In this document: positions 1 to 9,610 of the stretch, in pieces | How the letters are laid out: each line of letters opens with the position of its first letter | Position numbering within the stretch: the first letter of the stretch is position 1 | Source of the DNA: Candidatus Methylomirabilales bacterium | Lineage (GTDB): Bacteria > Methylomirabilota > Methylomirabilia > Methylomirabilales > CSP1-5 | Assembly (NCBI GenBank): GCA_046758505.1 | Contig: JBHIAH010000002.1 | Location: 1-64,000, forward strand | Direction of reading: 5' to 3' | Length of the DNA stretch: 64,000 bases | The notes under the pieces: generated by a model | What the model saw: the letters and a program-made list of their open reading frames with translations, nothing else | Databases searched by the model: none | Told to the model about the DNA's origin: nothing | Made by a program: the position numbers and the translations under genes

Positions 1-985
1 CGAAGGCCATCGGCACGATCGAATCGAGCGCATCGGGATCGCCGCATCGGACCAGATAGCCAAGCCGCTGGTTGACGATGTTGATTTGGCGCCCGTGGTT
101 GAACTTGGGGGAGAGCTCCTTGAGGTGAGCCGCTACCTTGTCGCCGATCCCCCCGAGCTTGCGATGGCCATACTGGTCTGTCTCCCCGCTTTCGAAGGAC
201 ATCCCCTCGTGGCCCGTCATCCGTGCCCCCTCGGACACCAAGACGACCGCGTAGTTGCTCGGATGGCGGTTCCGGTCGTAGACGAGGAGCTCGGTGAGGC
301 GCTCAATATCAAACGGGTATTCCGGGATCACGCACCGGTCGGCCGCACCGGCCATCGTGGGCACCAGGGCCGTATAGCCGGCGTACCGGCCGAAGACCTC
401 GATGACGAGAAAGCGCTCGTGCGAGCCGGCGGTCGTTCGGAGTTTGTGGGTCAACTCGATCGTCCGGGTGACACACGTGCTAAAGCCGATGCAGTAATCG
501 GTCCCGGGCACGTCATTGTCCATCGTCTTGGGGATCGCGACGATCTTGACCCCCTCCGCATGAAGGCGTTGCGCGTAACTGAGGGTATCGTCCCCCCCGA
601 TGGGAATGAGGACGTCGACACTGAGGAACTCCAGGTTCCTGAGCACGTCGGGGGTGACGTCGTTGCTGTCCTCGGCGTACATGTGCTTGAGGTGCTCCGG
701 GACGAGCGCTCGCGGAAGGCGGCTCGGCCGGGTGCGCGAGGTATGGATGAAGGTCCCCCCCGTCCGCCCGGCCCGATTCACGACATCCTCGGTCAGGACC
801 TGGACCTGGCCGCTATTGTCGGCCTGCGGATCCCGGACCAGTTCCACCAGCCCGGCCCAGCCGCGACGGATGCCCAGCACCCGATACCCCTCACGCAGGG
901 CCCGAATGGTAATCGCGCGAATGGCCGGATTCAGCCCCGGAACGTCCCCGCCGCCCGTCAGAATCCCGATCGTTCCTTTAGACAC
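1..985 (-). CDS. pfkA: 6-phosphofructokinase (PfkA family, likely PPi-dependent); 3' end lies outside the window
   Basis: Not in the ORF track. Manual minus-strand translation gives MSKGTIGILTGGGDVPGLN...IPIGGDDTL...PKTMDND...EVFGRYAG; GTG start 7 nt after AAGGAG. Confidence 0.93.
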   Translation of the reverse strand, partial: MSKGTIGILTGGGDVPGLNPAIRAITIRALREGYRVLGIRRGWAGLVELVRDPQADNSGQVQVLTEDVVNRAGRTGGTFIHTSRTRPSRLPRALVPEHLKHMYAEDSNDVTPDVLRNLEFLSVDVLIPIGGDDTLSYAQRLHAEGVKIVAIPKTMDNDVPGTDYCIGFSTCVTRTIELTHKLRTTAGSHERFLVIEVFGRYAGYTALVPTMAGAADRCVIPEYPFDIERLTELLVYDRNRHPSNYAVVLVSEGARMTGHEGMSFESGETDQYGHRKLGGIGDKVAAHLKELSPKFNHGRQINIVNQRLGYLVRCGDPDALDSIVPMAF

Positions 986-1086
986 TGCCACACTCCTTCG
1001 CCTCCCGTACTCCTCGTTCGCCACCGTTCCATCCAGGCGGGGCGCCCATCGCAGAACCGCGCCGTTCTCTACTGCCTGCAATAGTA

Positions 1087-1102
1087 AGCAACTTCAGTGC
1101 CA
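1087..1102 (-). promoter_or_regulatory. sigma54 -24/-12 promoter upstream of pfk
   Basis: Minus strand reads TGGCAC-TGAAG-TTGCT, a full match to TGGCAC-N5-TTGC. Confidence 0.7.
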
Positions 1103-1362
1103 AGCTACCTTCAGAAACAGGACTCATCAAGCATCCGCCGTGATCGGGGCCGCCGAAGCCGCACCACCGTGGAGCGTCCGTCACCACGGGACAGCGCCTC
1201 CCCCGGATCGGATCGCACCCGGCACGGCGTCCGAGGGCCGGGCCGCCGACACGGAATACCGTGCACGGTCACCTGCTGCCGCCGGACAAGGGAGCCCCTC
1301 AATCACAGGCCCCTGCAGTGGGGACATACCGACGACGACACCCGACCCCGTCACCCCCTCGG

Positions 1363-1677
1363 CTACTTCGCCATCTCAGGCGGGGGGAGCGTGTAGACGA
1401 GGAATTGCACTCCCATCCCGGTGATCACACTGCTCACCGCCGTCTCCGCGCGCACCCACGTCACCCGCGCACGGACTGAGATCGGGTGGGAGAGGCCCGG
1501 CGGGGTGAAGCGGAGCAAGACCTCCGCATCCGGCGGGGGTGGCCGTTCAGTGGCAACGAACATCCCCTTCTGGCTCAGGTTGAGGCCGATCCCGCGCCCT
1601 GCCTTCCCCGCGTGGGAGTACTCGACGTCGAAATGGACCGGGGCTCGCTCGTGGAACCGTTTCCGCCATGAGCTCAT
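1363..1677 (-). CDS. Single-domain PilZ protein
   Basis: RFHER (RxxxR), NLSQKG (D/NxSxxG), ARVTWVR, GMGVQF. Confidence 0.88.
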   Translation of the reverse strand: MSSWRKRFHERAPVHFDVEYSHAGKAGRGIGLNLSQKGMFVATERPPPPDAEVLLRFTPPGLSHPISVRARVTWVRAETAVSSVITGMGVQFLVYTLPPPEMAK

Positions 1678-1970
1678 ACTGCTCTCCCCCTCGGGCGAGT
1701 GGGAGACTGACACCGCGTTCACCGGGGCGATCCGACGTCCTGCATATGAAAACGTGTTCACGGGCTGTTCTATGCCCGGGGAGGCGTCTGGTGCTCCGGG
1801 ACGCCAACGGCTGTGCCCCAGAAGAGCGCGACACGCCCACAACGCCGGGTCCATCCCTGAACTCCTGAGAGGGCTTCAGTATCCTCCACCATCCTCACGG
1901 GCGTCAACCGTCACGCCCCGTTTCGTCCCCCTTCTTTTTTGCTCTGGGCCTCTCCCCCAGCCGCCATCCG

Positions 1971-2213
1971 CTACTGGAGGAGCGAGTCTCGCTTGATCTG
2001 ATCCCTGCGAATCTCATATTCCTTTTGGTCGATTCGGCCAGCCTTGAAGTCGTCTTCCACTCTGTTCATCTGCCGTCTCAGATGCAGCTCATAGCCCCCC
2101 GCCCCGGCCCCAGCCCCCACGGCACCGCTGAGCACGGCGGTCCCCGTTTTGCTCTCGCAGCCGGCCATGGTCAAGAGCGCCAAACAGATAATCGCCAGCG
2201 ATAGACGCTTCAT
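1971..2213 (-). CDS. Small lipoprotein with a glycine-zipper-like segment
   Basis: MKRLSLAIICLALLTMAGC lipobox, GAVGAGAGAGG, RBS GGAGG. Confidence 0.75.
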   Translation of the reverse strand: MKRLSLAIICLALLTMAGCESKTGTAVLSGAVGAGAGAGGYELHLRRQMNRVEDDFKAGRIDQKEYEIRRDQIKRDSLLQ

Positions 2214-2345
2214 TCCCTCCCCCCTTTCTGTGCACAACCCGATGCAGGTTCTTGCCGCCGCCGGCTCTCCTTTTCCTGCGATCACGACGTCTCTCCCATG
2301 CACGGAAAACTTCCTGCCGCCCATCCCTGCGTCCATCGAAGAGGA

Positions 2346-2379
2346 CCTCAGTATTGCCCACCCGATCCGGGGTGTCAAG
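2346..2379 (-). promoter_or_regulatory. sigma70-like promoter element, copy 1 of a 34-bp duplication
   Basis: Minus strand TTGACA-17 bp-AATACT; 33/34 identical to 10156-10189. Confidence 0.65.
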
Positions 2380-2624
2380 CGAGCGGGGAGGCGGAAAGGC
2401 GGACCGCAGGGGAGGCGCACCGAAGCTCTTCGCGACCTTCCCTCCTTCCCCTTTCGATTTTTTGGCGGCAGCCGCTCATCGATGACGCCCTGTCTGTGCT
2501 ATGCTTCTCGGGTATCGGCCGTCGGCGGCCTGATGGGGCGGATGGGCCCAGGATCGGCACCCGGTCCATTTCAAGACGGGGCCTGCCCGCGCGCATGGGA
2601 TCGGGGACCGAGGAGGGAGGAAGC

Positions 2625-3392
2625 ATGGCGTGGCGGCGGTTGCTCAAGGTGTTGGGTTGCATCATGCTCGTCACGGCCCTTTCGCCCCGTGCGGAAGGCC
2701 GGGCCGCCGAGCGGATCACCGTCCGGGCGGCGGATGGAACGGTGCTCGTCGGCGATCTCTATCTGCCGCCGCCGGAGGGTCAGGAGAAGCCGCCCCTGGT
2801 CGTCCTCCTCCACATGCTCTCCCGGCACCGCGGGGATTGGCAGGCCTTCATCCCGAGGCTCACCGCGCAGGGCGACGCGGTTTTCGCCATGGACCTCCGG
2901 GGCCACGGCGAGAGTATCCGGAAGGGTCCTGGGCGACTGAGCTGGCGGGGATTCTCCAGAGCCGACTACGCCAGGATGCCCGAGGATCTTCTCGAGACAC
3001 TCAATGCCCTTTCGGCGTACCGGGATCGGATCGACCTGGAGCGGGTGGCGGTGATCGGCGCAAGCATCGGCTGCAACGTCGCCCTCGTGGCGGCCGCAGA
3101 GCACCGGGCGATCCGGGCGCTCGTCCTCCTCTCTCCCGGCCTAGATTACCGGGGAATCAGGACCGACGAGGCGATGCGACGGTACGGCCATCGCCCCATC
3201 CTCTTGGTGGCGAGCCAGGGGGACAGCTACGCTGCCAACTCGACCCGGACCCTTCACGCCCTGGCGGCCGGGCCGAAGGAGCTCAAGATCTACGGCGGAC
3301 ATGCGCACGGGACGCGCATCCTGGAAGGGACCCCCGACGCCGCCCCCCTTGTCCTCGGCTGGCTCGACCGGTTCTTGCCCCAAAAGCGATAA
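2625..3392 (+). CDS. Secreted alpha/beta hydrolase
   Basis: Signal peptide, DLRGHGES, GASIG nucleophile elbow, C-terminal HG. Confidence 0.9.
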   Translation: MAWRRLLKVLGCIMLVTALSPRAEGRAAERITVRAADGTVLVGDLYLPPPEGQEKPPLVVLLHMLSRHRGDWQAFIPRLTAQGDAVFAMDLRGHGESIRKGPGRLSWRGFSRADYARMPEDLLETLNALSAYRDRIDLERVAVIGASIGCNVALVAAAEHRAIRALVLLSPGLDYRGIRTDEAMRRYGHRPILLVASQGDSYAANSTRTLHALAAGPKELKIYGGHAHGTRILEGTPDAAPLVLGWLDRFLPQKR

Positions 3393-3472
3393 AGGCCCAC
3401 TCCCCGTCCTGAGGCGCCTCATCTGTGCCTGGCGGCAGATAGCACATCGTGGGGCCGACTCTATCCCCTTCT

Positions 3473-3488
3473 TGGCATGGCCGTTGCA
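3473..3488 (+). promoter_or_regulatory. sigma54 -24/-12 promoter
   Basis: TGGCAT-GGCCG-TTGCA, 75 nt before the 3563 start. Confidence 0.65.
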
Positions 3489-3562
3489 ATCTACAGACGC
3501 CACCGGGCCGTCACCACCCGGCGACGCCCCCGGCCCCAGCGCGATCACACACAGAGACGAGG

Positions 3563-4195
3563 ATGGGACCGCATATCCCCCTGCAGCGCCGAAGATTCAA
3601 CGTCCACCCGATCCAGCAGAAGTATTTCTTCCTCTCCCTGGTTCCCCTCTTCGTCTTCGCCCTGATCCTCATCCTATTGGTCTTGTTTCCCCTGAACGCG
3701 GCCCTCAGGGGACCGTTCCCCGATCCGGATCGCCCGTCAACCCTCTGGCAAATCCACGCCCTGATGGACGTCCGCATCTGGCTCGCCCTCTTGATCAGCA
3801 TGCTCGCCTCGTGCGTCCTGAGCTATTTCGTCACCAACAAGTTTGCCGGCCACCTGTACCGAATTGAGCAGATCCTGCACAGGAGTAAGGAGGGCGACCT
3901 CCCGCCCGCTGTTCGGATTCGGCGTGACGATGATCTCCAGGAGCTCGCGGCACTGCTGGACAGCAATTTCAAGGCAACGACCTCCGCCCTGACCGCGATC
4001 AAGACGCAACAGGCCCTGGCGGTCAGGGCGCTCGACGCGGTCCAGGGGAAGGTCAAAGCGGGGTCACACGGGGAAATGATTTTGGCGGAGTTGGAGAGGA
4101 TCGGCCGCAACCTCAGGGAGGTGGAGAATATCCTGGCGCACTTCAAGCTTCCAACGGGTCACGCTCCCCCCCCGGACTCTCCACAAGAACAATAG
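3563..4195 (+). CDS. Two-TM membrane protein with HAMP-like and coiled-coil region
   Basis: Two hydrophobic segments, then FAGHLYRIEQ...GDL...IRRDDDLQELA HAMP-like pattern. Confidence 0.75.
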   Translation: MGPHIPLQRRRFNVHPIQQKYFFLSLVPLFVFALILILLVLFPLNAALRGPFPDPDRPSTLWQIHALMDVRIWLALLISMLASCVLSYFVTNKFAGHLYRIEQILHRSKEGDLPPAVRIRRDDDLQELAALLDSNFKATTSALTAIKTQQALAVRALDAVQGKVKAGSHGEMILAELERIGRNLREVENILAHFKLPTGHAPPPDSPQEQ

Positions 4196-4346
4196 GTCCT
4201 CATGGCCCTCATCTCTCCAGGTCCCGGGAGGGCCAAGCAACAGAGACAAGCCCGCGCCGGTCTCGTCGAGCACCGGCGGCACGGCCTCATTCCGGGCAGA
4301 TGATACAAAGTCGCCGCTCTGCCGTCGCGGGGTCCGGCACACTGCA

Positions 4347-4664
4347 TCATTTCTCAGCGGACTCCCCCATCTTCATGGACCGATTGACGTCCTCGATTAC
4401 CTCTCCCCGCGCCTTGGCACACTGCTGCCAGGCCTCCAAGTAGCCCGACACATCTCTCCACGAGGATGGCGAAATCCCATAAAAGGGAAGCCCATGGGGC
4501 CTCAGGTCGATTACGGTCATCTCGATACCTTCGGGTGGGCACTCGGGTACGGGCCACGTCCGAGCGACACGCGTCTTTCCCGCGCACCCGGATGCCGCTA
4601 CGATCGAAATCGCCAGCCACGTCGCCGCCATCCATCTTCCGGTTGACCCTGGCCGCACGCTCAT
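4347..4664 (-). CDS. Small putative lipoprotein
   Basis: WLAISIVAASGC lipobox, Pro-rich stretch, two further Cys. Confidence 0.6.
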   Translation of the reverse strand: MSVRPGSTGRWMAATWLAISIVAASGCAGKTRVARTWPVPECPPEGIEMTVIDLRPHGLPFYGISPSSWRDVSGYLEAWQQCAKARGEVIEDVNRSMKMGESAEK

Positions 4665-4923
4665 CGCTCCCCGCGCCTTACGGCCGCGCTCGGACTCGAG
4701 TACCCCCCGAATGAGGGAGACGCCCCTGCATCATGCGTCACACGAGAAGGCATGTGCAAGGATGGTTGCACCATCGATCGTGCCGGTGCTGGGGGGCTAT
4801 GCCACCCCCGGTTTCATCTCTCCGCCCACGCGTGGGGGCCCAGTATCCCCTGCAGCGTCACGGGTGTCAAGCGAACCGGGGGCCCAATCTGGCAAGGGTG
4901 TGGAACCCGCAACGGGGCCCCAT

Positions 4924-4939
4924 TGGCACAGGCGTTGCA
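4924..4939 (+). promoter_or_regulatory. sigma54 -24/-12 promoter
   Basis: TGGCAC-AGGCG-TTGCA, a perfect consensus about 40 nt before the GTG at 4978. Confidence 0.75.
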
Positions 4940-4977
4940 GAGGTGGATCGCCTACGCCGCCCGGGAGAGGGGGAACC

Positions 4978-5643
4978 GTGAAGAAGGATCTCGGCCGGGT
5001 CCGCCGCAACGAGTCTGAAGAGATCCGCATCTCGCTCCACGAGGTCGATGGGGAACCCCACGTGGAACTCCGGGTCTACTGTCGTTCCCCGCACCACGGG
5101 GGGGCCCTCCTGCCAGAGCCCGAGGCGATCGTCGTACCCGTGCACGCCTACCCAGACCTCTGCCAGGTCCTGGAGCAGATCCAGGACCGCCTCCTCAAAG
5201 AGGGACTGGTGCATGCCCCACCCCTCGCCGGCATGATCAATATCGACGCCAGCCACCCCACCCCTTTCGAGTTGAACGATACGCCCAGCCCCCCACCCAA
5301 TGCCCACCACCCGCACGTCGTGCCCGTCCAATTGCCGTTCGAGTGCTATGTGTTGGGCGCCCCGGACGCCGGCCCCTCTGGACCGGGGGCCGAACGGGTG
5401 AGCGGGCACGCCCGGATTCTCAGCGGCGACGGCGCGATGGTCTGGCTTCCCGAGCCGTTTCCCGTCGGGAGCCGGCTCGCCGTCTTCATACGGATGGACG
5501 AAATGATCTTCCGAGGACAGGCGACGGTCGCCGAAGTCGCGGACAGGCCGAAGGACGGAAATTACCGCCACGGCATCGAGTGGCTCTCCCTAAATCCCCA
5601 GGCAGACGCGGCCCTCTCGAAGATCATGGAAGCCGCCAGGTAA
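4978..5643 (+). CDS. PC4/YdbC-like domain fused to a degenerate PilZ domain
   Basis: N-terminal EEIRISLHEVDGEPHVELRVY resembles PC4; C-terminal ILSGDG...FRGQATVAEV...YRHGIEW is PilZ-like. Confidence 0.7.
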   Translation: MKKDLGRVRRNESEEIRISLHEVDGEPHVELRVYCRSPHHGGALLPEPEAIVVPVHAYPDLCQVLEQIQDRLLKEGLVHAPPLAGMINIDASHPTPFELNDTPSPPPNAHHPHVVPVQLPFECYVLGAPDAGPSGPGAERVSGHARILSGDGAMVWLPEPFPVGSRLAVFIRMDEMIFRGQATVAEVADRPKDGNYRHGIEWLSLNPQADAALSKIMEAAR

Positions 5644-5692
5644 CTGGGGGCCGGCCCCCGCCTTCTACGCGTCGGCAGGCAGCCCGGCCCCT

Positions 5693-6187
5693 CTACTCAT
5701 GCTTCCGCTGCAGGAGCCTGCCGATCTCATCCTTTGCTCCCCGCCTCCGCGCGTAGTCGAGGGCCGTGCGGCCCCACTGGTCCCGGATCGCCGGGTCGGC
5801 CCCATGTTCGAGGAGGATCTTGACGACGTCCGGATGACCCCTGAACGCGGCAAGAATGAGTGGGGTCACCCCCTCGGCGTCGGTCCAGTTTACCGTGGCA
5901 CCGCCGCCGATCAGCGCCCTGACGATGTCGGGATGCCCGTCCCGGGCGGCGAAGATGAGCGCGGTGTTGTCCACGGCGTCATGGCTGTCCGGATCGACCC
6001 CGGCGTCCAGCAAGGTTACGACGCTCGCGAGATCTCCGCGCTGGGCGGCGATGAGGAGGGCTTGGCCGTCCGTGCCGGCCGGTGCAGCCGCCGGCGCCCC
6101 AACCGCAACCGAAACCCCCAAAACCAGCAGGATGGCCCGGAACCGCGTCCCGGGTCTCGTGAACCCCCGCGCGAGGCGGTAGGCCAT
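5693..6187 (-). CDS. Exported ankyrin-repeat protein
   Basis: Signal/TM segment, then repeats TALIFAARDGH, TPLILAAFRGH, GRTALDYA. Confidence 0.9.
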   Translation of the reverse strand: MAYRLARGFTRPGTRFRAILLVLGVSVAVGAPAAAPAGTDGQALLIAAQRGDLASVVTLLDAGVDPDSHDAVDNTALIFAARDGHPDIVRALIGGGATVNWTDAEGVTPLILAAFRGHPDVVKILLEHGADPAIRDQWGRTALDYARRRGAKDEIGRLLQRKHE

Positions 6188-6945
6188 TTTCCGATGTCGA
6201 AAGCCGTGGACGGCGAAAGGGGCAAGGCGGCACAATACTGTGGGACTCGCGTTACAACGCTCGAGCGCTCGCCCAAGCTCCTTATGCCCGACAGGGCGCT
6301 CGCGTATGTGGGGGGCCGAGGATCGTACCGGAGAGCGGCTGGAGACCATGCCGATCACGGTGTTCGAATTCACGCACCGGCAAAAGTGGGTGCCGTCTCC
6401 ATTTTTCGCATCATTATTATTTAAAGCCCTTTCGCACCCACGGCTTCGCGCTGAAAGATCCCCGGCGGCGGTGTGATGCGGGCCGCGGCGGCCTGTGCTG
6501 ATCGGGCCTCTGACTGAGCGGGAATGGATCCGCAGGAGAGACGCGGTGGTGTCGGGCGTCCTTCGCCCTGCGCATTTTTGCTCGCTTCCCGGCCATGCTC
6601 TCATCCCCTTCCTGCGCCTCATCGCCCCGCGTCCTCTCGGAGCGGGCGTTATCCCCGCTTTCTTGAACGAACACCGCGTGCCTGGTATTCCAATTCACTG
6701 GAGTTCCCAGTGAAGAGTTGGCAGGCGCCTGTTCCCCTCTTCACGGAGCTCGCAGAGGGAGGGAACCGTAGGCATGTCGGCGGCTCCATATTGGGACGTT
6801 CCGGATAATCCCCGGCGGAGAAGGGCGGACAACCGACCCGGAGTGCTGACTACAGGCGAAAGGGGGGGCTTTTCCTCTCTCGTCCCGGACAGGGCCGACG
6901 CCGAGCAGCACCCGGGTGCCCGGCGGCAAAGCGCGAGGAGGTCCG

Positions 6946-7629
6946 CTATTTCACGACGAATTTCGCCCACAGGGTTTCCAGCGCTTGCATCCAGAGCGGC
7001 TGCGCCCGGACGGTGAAGGTACGCGCACTCTGTTCAAAAATAGGCAACCGCCGGTCAAATTCCTCCGCCCCCGTACCGTAATTCAGGGCCCACAGGGTGT
7101 TGTCATTCTGAATCGCGTACATAACATTCTTGACATGCACATCCTGGATTTCGATTTCAACTACCAATCGTCCTGCCTGATAGTGATCCAGGGGGACGAT
7201 TCCCCGCTCAACCACACGATACTGCCTGGGCAATTGCTTGGTCACGATATCCAGGTAGCTATTCATCGTAACGGCAGACGGGACCCGTTTGCTGACAACG
7301 TTCATATTTGTCAAGGTCCCTGATTCCCCCACCTCTGAGTCGACGGCGAAGATAACAAACGCTGTCGGATTGCGTTCGATCGCCCGGGCAACCCGTTCAA
7401 AGTCCGGGCCGAACGATCGGATCTCCTCAACGATCACGGCCAGGTTTTCGTCGCTCAGGTCGCCCCCCTCGTAACTCTGCGGCAGCCACAATTCGACACC
7501 GCCTCCCTCAAACTTTTCCCACCCTGCGATTGCTGGCGCCGTGCCCTGCGGTATTTCCGCCCGTCCGCATCCGACCACGATGCTCAGCAGGACCACACAA
7601 CCGATTCGCACCGCGCTTGGCTTGCTCAT
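6946..7629 (-). CDS. Putative lipoprotein, PsbP/Mog1p-like
   Basis: Lipobox VVGC; GVELWLPQSY ... WALNY ... FEQSARTF pattern. Confidence 0.65.
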   Translation of the reverse strand: MSKPSAVRIGCVVLLSIVVGCGRAEIPQGTAPAIAGWEKFEGGGVELWLPQSYEGGDLSDENLAVIVEEIRSFGPDFERVARAIERNPTAFVIFAVDSEVGESGTLTNMNVVSKRVPSAVTMNSYLDIVTKQLPRQYRVVERGIVPLDHYQAGRLVVEIEIQDVHVKNVMYAIQNDNTLWALNYGTGAEEFDRRLPIFEQSARTFTVRAQPLWMQALETLWAKFVVK

Positions 7630-8073
7630 TCTTCCTCCCCTAACATGCAAAACACCCCTCCGCGCCGGACCTGCTTCGAGGGGCGGGTGCAACTCTTATA
7701 CCGGAGACTGGCCCGGCCGGTATTATGTCAACCACACTCGTGGATAGCTTGGCTTCGAGAATGTGTCGGAATGACGAGGGGTTTTGTGGGCCAGATCAGC
7801 GTCACGTCACAATTCGGGGAAGGGGGGTGCGGAATTCACTATACGGAAAAGCAACACGTTCGCCGCGGCGGCGCCCCAAGAAGGCGCCTGGATCGCTGAT
7901 GCGTGGTCGTTTCTGCCACAGGTGGGCCCGAGAATAACACCTCCCCCGGTTCCATTCCTCCATCGCCTGGAAAAATGGGCGCGCTCTTTCTTGCAGCCGT
8001 GAGCAGGCGAGGTAGCGTGCTTTTCGGTGCGCATGGTCTTTCCCCCAGCCAGGTCTTTCATCGAAAATAAGCC

Positions 8074-8102
8074 TTGACAGGATACGGGGATTCGGCTAGC
8101 GT
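8074..8102 (+). promoter_or_regulatory. sigma70-like promoter of csp
   Basis: TTGACA-17 bp-TAGCGT. Confidence 0.55.
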
Positions 8103-8139
8103 AGCTCGAGCTTTCGTGATCGGCTTGTTGTGGAATCTG

Positions 8140-8177
8140 AAACCGCAAGGGCTTGATGGAAAGCCCTTGCGGTTTTT
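8140..8177 (+). terminator. Terminator-like hairpin inside the csp 5' leader
   Basis: 15-bp stem AAACCGCAAGGGCTT/AAGCCCTTGCGGTTT with a 6-nt loop, ending in a T run. Confidence 0.6.
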
Positions 8178-8261
8178 CTATGCCGTCGGGTCTCGTCGCA
8201 ACGGGACCTGGCACCCGGGCAGTCCCCGGGGATCCTCAAGAGAAAGGGGGGAGAACAGCAC

Positions 8262-8465
8262 ATGCGATCCACTGGTACGGTGAAGTGGTTCAACGATGCC
8301 AAGGGCTACGGATTCATCGAGCGACCGGACGGCGACGATGTTTTTGTGCACTATTCGGCGATCCAAGGCAGCGGATTCAAGAGCCTGACCGAGGGGCAGT
8401 CGCTTGAGTTCGATATCGTGGACGGACCGAAGGGCAAGCAGGCCGCCAACGTAGTCACGCTCTAG
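8262..8465 (+). CDS. cspA: Cold-shock protein
   Basis: [24 protein letters not shown] (RNP1/RNP2), [10 protein letters not shown]. Confidence 0.97.
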   Translation: MRSTGTVKWFNDAKGYGFIERPDGDDVFVHYSAIQGSGFKSLTEGQSLEFDIVDGPKGKQAANVVTL

Positions 8466-8490
8466 TTGACCGAATGCAGCTCTGGGCAGG

Positions 8491-8527
8491 AAGGGCCTCG
8501 AAACTTTCGGGGCCCTTTCGCTTTTTT
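8491..8527 (+). terminator. Rho-independent terminator after csp
   Basis: AAGGGCCTCGAA-ACT-TTCGGGGCCCTT followed by a T-rich tail. Confidence 0.75.
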
Positions 8528-8692
8528 CTCTCGCCCCCGTTGAGTGGGCACCCCTGCGGCCCCGCGATCACCCCGAACGCAAACGGAAACGCCCTCCGGA
8601 CCGGGCGTTGCACGAGAGGGCGTTCAGCGGGGACGGCACGCGACGAGGGTCCCGAGGTGGCATTGCACGGTCTGACAGCGGAGCCGCCTCAC

Positions 8693-9286
8693 CTACTGTT
8701 GCCTTCCTTCAATACCGGCCAACAGGATCCCGGCCGCAATCAACAGCCGTCGATCAATCGGCGGCTCCGGTGCGAGCACGGTCATGCTGTATTTGAGGAC
8801 AAACGGATTGAAATGTTGTGTAACTTCAGCTACCTTCCTGCGATCCGCCGAGGTGATGACATAATTTTGCGGGATCACGTTAATGAACCTGGTGAGAAGG
8901 GCCCCCACGACACTCGTTTCCGTTAGCGTCCCAACTTCTCGACCCTCAGGGGAAAGAAAAACCCATTCATCCATCACAATCGATTTGAGGGCCTTCCGTC
9001 GTATGGCTCCGACAGCCTCGCCCGTCGTTGCATCCCGCACAGCATACGTCGCCCCGATATCAAGAATCTGCGGGGTTGTGATCGTCAAGAGTTCTTGCGT
9101 CTGGCCTTCATCTGCGTAGACCCGAAAATCCTCCCGCAATTTGAATGGCTTTTGGGCTGAATAGAGAACGAGTCTCCCGTTGCCGTCGTACACGTGGAAC
9201 GCCCCTCCGAATAACTTGAATACCTGTCGTCGAAATAGATACTTTCTGTGCTGGAACACCGGACGGGGGTCCCTGGGGACTGTCAT
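8693..9286 (-). CDS. LURP-one/scramblase-like protein
   Basis: YLFRRQVFKLFGGAFHVYD, KPFKLREDFRVY, C-terminal IDRRLLIAAGILL. Confidence 0.75.
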   Translation of the reverse strand: MTVPRDPRPVFQHRKYLFRRQVFKLFGGAFHVYDGNGRLVLYSAQKPFKLREDFRVYADEGQTQELLTITTPQILDIGATYAVRDATTGEAVGAIRRKALKSIVMDEWVFLSPEGREVGTLTETSVVGALLTRFINVIPQNYVITSADRRKVAEVTQHFNPFVLKYSMTVLAPEPPIDRRLLIAAGILLAGIEGRQQ

Positions 9287-9610
9287 TGGAAGTCTCCTTT
9301 CACAAAACAGAAACGCCCTCCCTGCGCCGCACGCACCCTGGGAGGGCATTGCAACAGTCGTGCCGGAGATGGGTTGTACGCGATGCCTACGACGGTTCCA
9401 TCCCCCTGAAGACAATCTTGCGCCGAGGACTCTTATCCGATACAAATCATCTCAGCATGTCGGTGCCGGTGTGAGAGGTCACGCGCCAGGCTCATGGACG
9501 CAGATCATGCTTGCCGCGATTTCCCCGCGGTTGCTGCTGATGATTACTAGTCCTGGTATATCCACGCCCTTTTTCCGCATCAACAGGGGTATGCAGTGAA
9601 TGGTGACACC

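Noticed and set aside
86..1084. 332-aa plus-strand ORF
   Set aside because: Antisense shadow of the minus-strand phosphofructokinase
4159..4350. Cys-rich 63-aa ORF
   Set aside because: No coherent metal-binding spacing and it overlaps the end of a convergent gene; likely spurious
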